From Harriotta raleighana (Eukaryota), in the NCBI GenBank assembly GCA_050575255.1, contig JBNZDD010013724.1:6747786-6811785 (forward strand): a stretch of 64,000 nt of DNA, written 5' to 3'. A program made the position numbers and the translations under genes. The notes beneath the pieces were generated by a model. It had not been told where the DNA came from. It worked only from the letters and a program-made list of their open reading frames with translations, and searched no databases. Positions 23,383 through 33,770 of this stretch are shown in pieces (the stretch's first letter is position 1; the number at the start of each line of letters is the position of its first letter).

Positions 23383-23525
23383 TCTGACTCTCCGCTTTGT
23401 CGGACTACCCTCCTTTAATCTCTCCCAATATCTTTGCACAGGGTATTAGTAATAGGTGTGTGAGAGAGTTTTGACTTCCATAGAGTGGGGTAAAAGGGTC
23501 TATGAAATGCAAGGATTATTATTCT

Positions 23526-23930
23526 GAGGTCTGTAGCTCAGTGGTTAGAGCACTCGTCTTGCAAGCGAGAGACTTGGGTTCGATACCCGGAAGGGCGAAA
23601 CCTTGGGCAAGTTCCCTTATTCCACACACCAGATAATAATCCCAGCAGTTTGTGGTACAGTACTGCATGCAATTGGCTGCCGCATTTCGCCCACAGCAGT
23701 CAATTCACTTNGCTTGGGTTCGATACCCGGAAGGGCGAAACCGTGGGCAAATTCCCTTATTCCACACACCAGATAATAATCCCAGCAGTTTGTGGCACAA
23801 TACTGCATGCAATTGGCTGCCGCATTTCGCCCACAGCAGTCAATTCACTTTACAGTATATTCTGGGAAGTGCTTTGAGAGTCTAGAAGACATGAAAAGCA
23901 CTATATCAAAATACAAGGATTATTATTATT
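23526..23930 (+). mobile_element. tRNA-Ala-derived SINE (internal segment duplicated across N at 23711)
   Basis: tgtagctcagtggttagagcac...cttgcaa...gggttcgatacc head; (ATT)n tail. Confidence 0.88.
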
Positions 23931-24146
23931 TATTAATGTATTTATTTCCCNGTGCTTTGAGAGTCTAGAAGACATGAAAAGCGCTATATCAAAATACAAG
24001 GATTATTATTATTTATTAATGTATTTATTTCCCCCACAGATTTATTTTCCTGCAGTAAAAATTAACAATAACAACAACAAAATTACACTTGTATAGCACA
24101 TTTAAATTATCTGTTTATTTCCCCCCCCCACCCCCCACCCCCCCAG

Positions 24147-24341
24147 AAGATAGACGAAGAAAATGAAGCTAATTTGCTAGCTGCTCTCACGGAGACTCTG
24201 GACAGTATCCCAGTAGATGAGGATGGATTGCCTTCATTTGATGCACTAACAGATGGGGATGTGACCAATGTCGACGATCCCAGCCCTCCCTCAGTGTCTG
24301 ACTGCACCCCTCCAACCCCAGAGGCTGAAGAGTCGTCTCTA
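24147..24341 (+). CDS. PPARGC1A: PGC-1alpha exon 3, KIDEENEANLLAALTETLDSIPVDEDGLPSFDALTDG...EESSL
   Basis: C-rich tract + cag| acceptor; CTA|gtaaga donor; 195 nt; contains the L1 leucine motif. Confidence 0.98.
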
Positions 24342-24789
24342 GTAAGAATCCTTCCTACTGTTTACAATATATGGATGAGCCTCTGGCTACGTGCTGCATG
24401 GGTATGATGTAATCAAAATAAAGTTTGGATTTTTAAATCGATTCCACCGAGAAAGTAAAAATTGAAGCGGAGATTACAGCAGTTTAGGAACGATGCTGCA
24501 GTGATTTGGGAATTCTAAAGCTAACCACTTCCAGTGGTGTGCTGTGTAGTATGCTTTTCTTAAAAAAATGAAATACTGTTCTCTGATTTTGTTGTTTAAA
24601 AACGTAAGTTTTAAATCGGCAGATTTGTTGAGGTTGAAAGTCAAATACTGTTATCAAAGACCTGCATTTAAAAAGTAGATTGTTTGTTCTCTTATAGTTC
24701 ATTTTAATATTTCTCTTCCCCATTCTCCCCACTGCCCCCCACCTCCCCACTGTTTTCCCCCCACACTTTCCTTGGTTGCATTTCTGTAG

Positions 24790-24912
24790 CTGAAGAAGCT
24801 CTTGTTAGCTCCAGCTAATTCACAGTTTATCTACAACGAATGCCACGGAGGCAGCATGCGGACCCATGTGACCAATAATAACAAGATTAGACCAAACACT
24901 GCTGTTGTCAAG
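24790..24912 (+). CDS. PPARGC1A: PGC-1alpha exon 4, LKKLLLAPANSQF...AVVK (LxxLL/L2 nuclear-receptor box)
   Basis: tag| acceptor; AAG|gtacac donor; 123 nt; LKKLL motif. Confidence 0.97.
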
Positions 24913-26252
24913 GTACACTTTATATCATTATGAGAACTTTATGCCTTGGTTAGAAAAGAATATTTTATCCTTTAAAGGATGTGAGTAGTTGTGGACCTTC
25001 TAATGAACTTGGTATTCTGGAGTGAGTGAAAATCCTGATGGATTATTGACTTTGGTTTCCAAGAAAGCCGTGAGAATTACTTATTTTAATTCTATACATA
25101 ACAATGATTCAGCAAGAGCATATAGATTCCCAGCAGCATCTGAACTGAGCATCCGTGACATACTTAGCATTTAGACTGAGTTAATTAAAATTATAATCAT
25201 GGAACGTATAAGTATCAGTGAAATACCATTGTAGAGTGACATTGTAATCAGCTGCTGGTATTGTGTCTAAAGTCAATATTATACCATAGAGAAACAATTG
25301 TAGTGAATGCTGGATTCTTAACAGGTTGCAGAAAAAACAACAAATTAAACAGAATTCAAAAGGCATTGAGCTAGATTTTCTACAGGGTATCCACTGGGTA
25401 TTGGAAAATGTAGCCAAATGCCTTAATTTTTCTCTCCAAGTGTTATCTTCAAAATGGAAAACAAGGAATGCTGCAGTGGATATCACAGTGTAGTCATCTT
25501 TCTTAAAGGGACACCACCTTCTTTAAAAAAACAGTTTGAGCGACTTCTTATTTATAAACACACAATATGATGATGGAAAGTTGTGTCAAAATACAATATT
25601 GTTTCACTTATACTTAGTTGACAAATATTGGATGCCTTGGCTCAAACACCAAGCCCTTTTTTTATGAAGCTGTGTGCCCAGCAGCTTCCAGCATTCATTT
25701 TTTGAGACAGCTGGGGAGTGAAATTTCACTGGTCAGTAAAATTGCAGGTGTGCACAATGAAAACATTTGTTAACATTGAGCCACCAAATTCATTTAGTTC
25801 TTATCCTCTCATTGATGTAGCACATAGCAGAGATAGAGTGTGACATATTACAATGTAAGCTTAGATGAAAAGGCCTTTTGGCCCATTTGATCTCATAATA
25901 TCCACTGTACTATTTTACAATACAACATCAGCTGCTTCTTAAATTTATCCAGCGTCCTAGCATTTACGACCTAATAATCTATTATGCTCTGCATACAATA
26001 AGATTGCAATGCCAACATTGTGACCTTTACCAATCTTTTAGAACGATGCCCCTCTGGTCTTGCTACAATTGTCTTTATTTTTTGTTGTTGTCCCATTGTA
26101 TAAGCAAAAGAACACATGCAACTACCTAACCTTGAAAGCGGTACCTTTCTTTGTTCAAACGGAAAGAGCTAATGTGCTGAATAGATTGTGTTAAACGCTT
26201 TTTACTAATGTTGATGTTTACTAACGTTGATGTTTCATTATGTCTTTGTAAG

Positions 26253-26463
26253 ACTGAGGCTGCATCGAGTAATAAGTTGAGGAACATTTGCCAACAACAG
26301 AAATCCCAGGCGCAGCGACGCCCATGCACAGAATTACTCAAGTACTTGACTGCAAGTGATGACCCTCAGTCTAAATCAAATGACCACAAAACTAGTCCTA
26401 AAGACAAAGGCGTCTCCAAAAAGAAGGTGCAACTGCAGTCTCAACAGTCACATCCTCTGCAAG
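26253..26463 (+). CDS. PPARGC1A: PGC-1alpha exon 5, TEAASSNK...RRPCTELLKYLT...PLQ (L3 motif)
   Basis: tgtaag| acceptor; CAAG|gtaaga donor; 211 nt; RRPCxELLKYL motif; frame continuous with exons 4 and 6. Confidence 0.95.
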
Positions 26464-26989
26464 GTAAGAATAGGATGGCAATATAATGTTGATAAGAGTT
26501 TTGATGGTAATAGTGCACCCAAACCGACAACATTGACTGTGAAGAACTTGGGGCCCTGGGCTTGTTAAACTGTTTGTTTCAGTTCCCTTAGCACTGATGT
26601 AGTGCTTCTGTAGTCCAGCCACCTCTCCAGCCTTTGAGAGGTGCACCAATCTTTGAGAGGTTCCCAAACATTATCGTTGTCTCGATTGGTACAATGGCAA
26701 TCCCCCTACCACATTGACACTAAGTATGGCATATAAATGGGCATTAGCAAATTAGTCCAAACATAAACAATAGGAAGGCTCCAAATAATCATTTGAAGTC
26801 AGACAACAAAATATGTCAAAACAATCTCCTAGATTACAATATCCCGATTGATAATTTATGAAGAAATTCAGGAAATTCACTCGAGAAAGACAGGCTCTGT
26901 GAACTGGATAAAATAGCAAGCTAGACCACTGCNGGAAATTCACTTGAGAAAGACAGGCTCTGTGAACTGGATAAAATAGCAAGCTAGAC

Positions 26990-27330
26990 CACTGCTTTAT
27001 TTGACTTTAGACCTTGGTTCTAATCCAACTGAGACAAGATGGATCAGAGTACTGTATCCTGTCTAATGGCAGTTAAGAGTTCCAAGTGAAATGGGTCACA
27101 GGAGGTTCAAACTAGTTCCTAGCTGGCACGAGTCCAGAACATAAAGCCATCCTTCATTTGGCACGAGTTGAGCAATCTCACTCCTCGAGGCTGATAAGGA
27201 TGGCTGGCATACAAAAGGAACGTTTCACATTGTTGTTGTAGAGGTGCCCTTCTCAGGTTGAATTTAAGGACATTGTTCGGACTTTATAAAAGGAGCTGAA
27301 ACTACACTAACCAGTTCTATTAAAGAACTG
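26990..27330 (+). mobile_element. LF-SINE-like ancient element
   Basis: Ordered motifs ggttctaatcca...gtgaaatg...agttcctag...ttggcac...gaggc..aagga...tagaggtgccct...aggtt...acattg resemble the LF-SINE consensus as recalled. Confidence 0.6.
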
Positions 27331-28753
27331 TGAGTGCTCTGTGCTATCACAGAGACAAAGAGGAAATGTCCATTACTTTGTATTATCATTTAAATGAGCA
27401 CAGAATTCACAACACAGTTAATTTACCACGCTTGAGCAGTGTTTAAGTGCAGTTATTGACGGTTTCCTGAAAGGGCAATGTGTTTTTTGCTGTCACTGAA
27501 CCAAATTTCAGCAGATTTTCTCCTCAAACCATCAGGAGAGGAGTTTAATATTTCATTAAAATAAATGCTCCTGGTATGTGCTTTTTCTATTTTGATACGC
27601 TAACGCAAAAAATTGTTTTGACGAGATTAAATTGATTTATATCTGTTTTTCCCTAGTGCTAGACTGCTTTACATGAGATCACCATACATATCACTCTGCA
27701 GTCTTTGATTATCTCATTTCATATCATAATTATTGATGCATGTGTTCTCACCAGTGTAGAGATAGTGGGTCTATTATGTGATGTGTGTAAACTCTGTGTA
27801 AACCTTTGTGTGGCAAGAATTCCAGTTTCCCATAATTAACCAGGATTATAATTTCTATGGTGCTTTTCATCAGTTGATAATTACATTGTTAAAGGCACTG
27901 GGAATTCTGTCTGTGCATATTCATTTACACACAGTTTGCACAACTAGCACAATACAACTGTCAGAGTTGCAGAGTGCATTCAGTGTACTAATTTGAAATA
28001 GGATTAAAAATAATATATATATATACTGTTTATATATATAAATAACAAATTTTAAATGCAGTATTTTTCATTTGGGTCTGTAGCTAGCCTATAACCTTCA
28101 TTTCCAGATACAGTACTTATTGTGGAGTGTATTGGCAAGGGAGAAGAAAGGAAGCCTCTTTGTGTCTCACTTGAGTCTTAGTTATTGTATATCTATGTCC
28201 TTAAAGTCTTTTGAATGAACTCTAGGTCAGGTATAATACAAATATCTTCAGCATAACACTCTGTCCCAGTAATATGCTTTAGTCCCTTCTTTAGAAGAGC
28301 ATTAAGACAGCATTTCCATTTCTGACAAGAAAAGAAATAAAAAACATTTCAGGTTGGGAGGATGTCCCAAGGTACTGAATAATTATAATGGCTTAAGGAG
28401 TGAGTTGTCAATTGTTACATTTTATCTCTGGTCAAGACTCTTATACACTTGCTGGAAGCTAATTTTGGCCGACTCAAACTGATTTTATCTAGGACGTTTA
28501 AAACTAACAGTAGAAAATACTTACAGCATAAGTTGTATTCAATTGTACACAAGATCCAATTTGAAAGGATAGTATGCTAACTCATTGATCATTAGTTTTC
28601 CACAATTCGTTGATCAACCATGTGAATGATGTAAATATGCATGTTTGATTTTTGCAAAATATGAGACTTGTGGTCCAGTAATAAACCACTAGTCCCCAAT
28701 GTGCATCCTCCATGTATGTGTCACTGGCTTATTAATTTTGCTACTTAATAATA

Positions 28754-29499
28754 CAGTAAAACTCGCACAAGTTGTCTCTTTATAAATTGTATAATCGTGT
28801 AAGACTTACATGCACCTGAGTCCCATTCAGTTTCCTACCAAAAGACCATTAGATTTCTTTGCGCTGGTCGTATTTTATACATTGGGTATAATGCTAAATA
28901 ATAATGGTTTCTTGGTCCCAAATAATCTTAAATCCTCTTCAAATCTCGACTCTGCTCCGCTGGCTCCGTATCCCTCAGAGGATCAAGTTCAGAATTTTCA
29001 ACCTCACCTTCAAGGCCCTCCATGGCCTTGATTCTTTCTACCTCTCTGACTTGCTAACCCCCTATCAACCTGTCCCCTCGCTCCGCTCAACAGGTTCCAA
29101 CCTGCTCCATGTCCCCCACCCACCCCATCTCACCATCATTGGTCAGGCCTTCAGCCTCTCTACCCCTACCCTCTGGAACTCCATCTGACATTCCCTTGGC
29201 CTCACTCCCTCCCTTGCTTCCTGCCTCAAGATCCTCCTCTTCCACTGTGCCTTTGGACACCCTTCTTCCCATCCCCGCCATCCAACAACACTGTTCTCAA
29301 CCAAAGTCTTGACCAGTCATCATGGCATCAAGCAATACAGGTACAATTAAACTCATGTTAGTGACAAGGAGCTTGTATTTGTTATGTGTTAGTCTTATAA
29401 ATTCCTATACTATCTGACTTAGCAAGTTTGCGCATACTATGTGAAAGTCATATTAAATGCTATGGTACCTGACTGATACAACTTATGTGAGTTTACCTG
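28754..29499. mobile_element. Old Tc1/mariner-type MITE containing a nested L2 fragment
   Basis: TIR CAGTAAAACTCGCACAAGTTGT vs reverse-complemented right end CAGGTAAACTCACATAAGTTGT (18/22); TA at 28752-28753 and 29500-29501. Confidence 0.7.
28945..29285 (+). mobile_element. L2 ORF2 C-terminal fragment
   Basis: LRWLRIPQRIKFRIFNLTFKALHGL...YLSDLLTPYQP...PTLWNSI. Confidence 0.9.
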
Positions 29500-30254
29500 T
29501 ATAGCCCGTAACTGCAGCTTACGGACAATTTTTGTGCTTTTAAACATAATTGTCATTATACTGCACATTATCATTATAATGAGAAAATTGCCATTATACC
29601 TTAAGATTATAATGAAAAGCACACTGCAGTCTTATGATTTATTGTAGTTATTTATTTGTGACTTTTGTTGCTGTATACAAATGGGAATGGGTGTGTCAAT
29701 CGCTTTCAGTATAATAAATGATAATCATGAATTATCCAACTAATTTTAAATGTGATACAATTCTTCCTCATTGATTTTCCTATTTCTAATGTATTAATTT
29801 TATTATTTTCTCTGCAACCATGTGACTTTATTTTTCATTTTGGTTATAATTCCTTCTGGGAAAGCTTCAAGGTGTTATAATTTTACTATTTCCAGTGCAA
29901 CAAGTGTTCTTTCTCATCATAAATCTTTGATAATGTATCATCTGATTTAATAACATTGCAGTCAGTAATATGCTACTGAAGTAGTCAAAATAAATCCAGC
30001 AAACAGCCTAATAATTATAGAATAAAACAAAACAATCTCTATACGGCTATAAATGAATAATTTTCAGTCCCCTTGATATGCAAACATTTCTATATTTTGG
30101 TGGTGTTTCTCTAATGTTGAGATCATTACTGGTTTTGTTGCAAATGAGCATGATTTATTTCAATTCCTTATAATTTTGATGATCAGATTTTACCTGAGAG
30201 AAACTATCTGATCTTTCCATCAAAGTACACAGCAAATTATTTCTGTGCGGCTTC

Positions 30255-30445
30255 CCCCAATGGCTCAGTGTGTTAATGCAGTGAGTAGTTGAGTCATGTA
30301 GACTGGAAAGGTCTTGGGTTCAATCTGCGGTCTGTGCTGAGTTAGTCAATCTCAGCCAGGGAAGCAGAAGGGAGGCTACAATAGGCTTTAGGGGTCCAAA
30401 GTTGAAAAGCAAAATTAGATGTGATTCCTGCTCCTAAATGCATTG
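30255..30445 (+). mobile_element. Old tRNA-headed SINE, 5' part
   Basis: tggctcagtg (A box) ... gggttcaatc (B box), followed by ggtctgtgctgagttag..atctcagcc. Confidence 0.6.
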
Positions 30446-30782
30446 ATCCTATAAGCTTCATGGCATAAGGTGGAGGAGGTACTGGAGATGTGAGTGCCTT
30501 TGGAGCTTTACTCACAGTAGAAGGGAAAGGGAGTCTTAAAACACCCATTAGGCAAGGAGTACAGGGAGAGAATTGGTAATGACAATAAAGATGTATTCCA
30601 GTGTGCTCATTAACTTCTAGAATAACTTGTGCACTTGTGGCTGTTTAATCCAAATGTGGCCAACTATTTTGCTAAGGTATTCTTTTCATGTAACTGGCAA
30701 AATGCAACACCGAAAGGCAAAACTAAAAGCCACATGTTTTAGGTTACCAGTAACTAAAGCATTTCTTATTTAAATTTTGCAG

Positions 30783-30828
30783 CTAGACCAACTACTTTGT
30801 CTCTGCCCCTGACACCCGAATCATCAAA
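30783..30828 (+). CDS. PPARGC1A: PGC-1alpha exon 6, (A)RPTTLSLPLTPESS(N)
   Basis: ttttgcag| acceptor; AA|gtaagt donor; 46-nt exon. Confidence 0.97.
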
Positions 30829-30950
30829 GTAAGTGTTTCTTAGAAAATTGTAGGATTTCTCATATTTGAGTGAAGCATTGTATTTGAAATTTTTAGATGC
30901 AAATCATTTAAGCAACTGAAGAAAATTAAAAATAAACATTTATTTTTCAG

Positions 30951-31024
30951 TGATCCCAAGGGCTCCACTTTTGAGAACAAGACCATTGAACGTACGCTGA
31001 GTGTACAACTCTCTGGTACTGCAG
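30951..31024 (+). CDS. PPARGC1A: PGC-1alpha exon 7, DPKGSTFENKTIERTLSVQLSGTA
   Basis: tttttcag| acceptor; GCAG|gtaaga donor; 74 nt. Confidence 0.97.
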
Positions 31025-33559
31025 GTAAGATACGATAGTTTCCTTCATCTGTGCATGGTTAAGCTGTTTTGGTTGAGAGTTTTCATTACGAAGCAGGGAC
31101 TAAATTCATCAAAAACTGGTTTTCTGTACAAATACTGTAACAGGGTCTATAGTGAAATCGTGTGTTAAGCATTTGGGCTATAGTGAAGTGCATTATAGTG
31201 AGGCTGCACTGCTGTGCCAATATTGAAAAGGGAATTGGATAAACCATTGAAGAGATTAGAGTATTAACATGAACATTTTCTGCACCATTTTAGGCTTTAT
31301 GCGCTAAGTGGCTTCCTTCTATGCTGTAATCTAAATGATTTGATTCTACTTAACATAGCAAAGACAATAGCTATCAATTAGCCAACTTTTCAAAAGATTT
31401 TTCCCTGATGTGTTCTTCATCCTGTTTTCTGATATCAGTCACAACATTTCTCAATGTTGACATAATCTAACAAATCCTACCCATCAGAGATGAATGCATT
31501 CATATAAGGTATCCAGGTAGCATTTTTGAAATACAGTAATATGATCCTTTTTGATAAAGGCATACTGTACATAAAATACAAGTGTGCAAAAGAGTAGCAC
31601 AATTGTATTTGATGTTTTATAATGGACTGCAGAGAAATGTGCTCAACAAAACACTAATAGCAGAATAACAGATTGTTGCTCTTCTTATTCATAACATTAT
31701 TTTTCCATTTCAGTTAATATAATTGGATCCAAACTGTTAAAAGAGATTTTCTAATGTAGTTATTGATTTTAAGACAAACCTAAAGTTCCTAATGAAAAAA
31801 TAAAGCATTCATTTTCAGTTTGTGATATCATCATCTTAAAATTGAAAGCGCGTTTCATTATTCAAAGGAGATATTTTGTTGCTCTCTAATGATTAACACC
31901 GAGAGATAGACAGTCACTACGTGCTGCTTCAAAGCCTAGATGATTCCAGCTCTGTTCTCTCATGCATATGCCATAAATATCAATCATAAAATAAAGGTGC
32001 AAATGGCACATCAAATTTTACAACAACACATGTGAGTATACAGACTGTGATAAATTTTTGTTAATGCACATTTCATCATTTCCATAATTTATTCAATATT
32101 TCCATTTCAATGATTTATCACATAAAGTTCATGTTGTGTAAACAAAAGTACTCAGTGGGGAACCTCGGAATGCAGAATAGATTTGTCTCATGAGGCAGAC
32201 CTTTATAACTTTCTCACTTGGGAATTATCCTCCTCACTTGTGGATTACCTTCTGCATCCAAACTTCCTCACTGAGTTATTCTTTATGAAGTACATTGGGA
32301 TTTCAAATATAAATCACTAAATTTGTTGAAATTCTTTCCTAGCCATCTTGTGTGTGTTGATCGGGGAGGTTGGGGATGGAGTGTTGAGGTAGTAATGGGA
32401 AGGTTTGAAAACATACTCTTGAATTCATCTGTTCAACCAAAATACAAAGGTGTGATTATAACAATCAAAAAATATTCACAGATCAAGAGAAGGTGATTGA
32501 GCCCTTTATGTCTACTCTGCTGCTATGTCCTCCGCTGGAGCTATCACCTCTGATCGCATTTATCTGTGCTTTGCCCATAGTCCTTAATATTTTTCCTTGA
32601 GCATCTATCCTGTTGACTAGTGATTCTCATTGAACTTTCTGGTATACTATATTTAACGACATGGGATGGTTGAGTGGGAGGATATTTTATTCTGGCTGGG
32701 CTGCTGAACATTGGTAATTATACCCACCATTAGAAAATGAGATTTGCTCACCTGTGTACCAGTGACTAGAAATTCATGCCATGTTAACTGTGATTCTTTG
32801 AATCCGAGATGGAATTTCCTCCTGACAAATTGAGTTGCTACATTTTGTCATGTAGGAACATTTTTTTGTTGAATGTATGTTAATCTCATAATGCACACGG
32901 TTGCTTACTGGGTGGGGAGTTATGGATGGGGCAAAATTCTACATCTGGGTCCAAAACAGACTGGTCTTCTCAGCTATATCACGGAAAAGATGTGAATGCC
33001 TTCAAAGCAGCTTTTCAACTGTTTTGACCAACACAAATTCAAAGAGCACAAAGCCAATCATTTGCCCATTTGGTATTTTTAATTCCTGAGTGATAAATAT
33101 GCTATGGCTATGTTTTGATTTAAGATCTTTTTAAAATCCCACACACATTAGCATTTTTCCCCATTGGATTTCCAAATGTGATGACAGTTTGGCAGCTTGT
33201 TCTCAGAAGTTGATGCAATATTAGTGCCAGGAGAACACCACTAGGTTGCCCTCTTGTGGACATGTCTTCCTCATTTGCTGAGTTACCTTAGTTGCTCCCT
33301 GACCTTGTTATTCAGGCTACAGTTGGATTTTCAGATTTTCCTCTATCATCATTGTTGCCATCAATGGGAAAACCACACAACACATTGTAATGATTCAAAA
33401 AATGCAAATGCCCAACTCTAAAATAATGATGCATCTTCCTTGTAATTTTTTTTAGAAGAATATTGGGCAGGCTCAATCTCTGTATTATACAGAGTTATTA
33501 TTATAATACTGAGTTAGTATCCTCCAAAAAAGAAACACAAACCTTTAATTTAATATTGC

Positions 33560-33770
33560 ATTTGATAGCATTGATATGTCTGAAAGATTTGGATTCCTGT
33601 GAAGTGAATTACCTTTTGAAGACCAGGACATTGGTAGAAACTCACTTATTTTTATGGAATAGTGCTGGGGGTAGATAAGACCTTGGTTTAGTATCTCATC
33701 CAAAGAACAGCACCTCTGACAATCCAGTTCCTCCACAAAACTGCTTCAGAGTGTCATCTTAGACTACAGG
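33560..33770 (-). mobile_element. Decayed DeuSINE/SacSINE1-like element
   Basis: cttggtttagtatctcatccaaagaacagcacctctgaca...gagtgtca is the reverse complement of the Deu-domain core as recalled. Confidence 0.6.

Noticed and set aside
23573-24033. Apparent tandem duplications inside and after the SINE (either side of N at 23711 and N at 23951)
   Set aside because: Each duplicate pair abuts a single N and differs by only a few substitutions, the signature of overlapping contig ends or haplotypes joined by scaffolding
26871-26995. ~62-bp direct repeat around N at 26933
   Set aside because: N-centred overlap with about one mismatch; likely an assembly artefact
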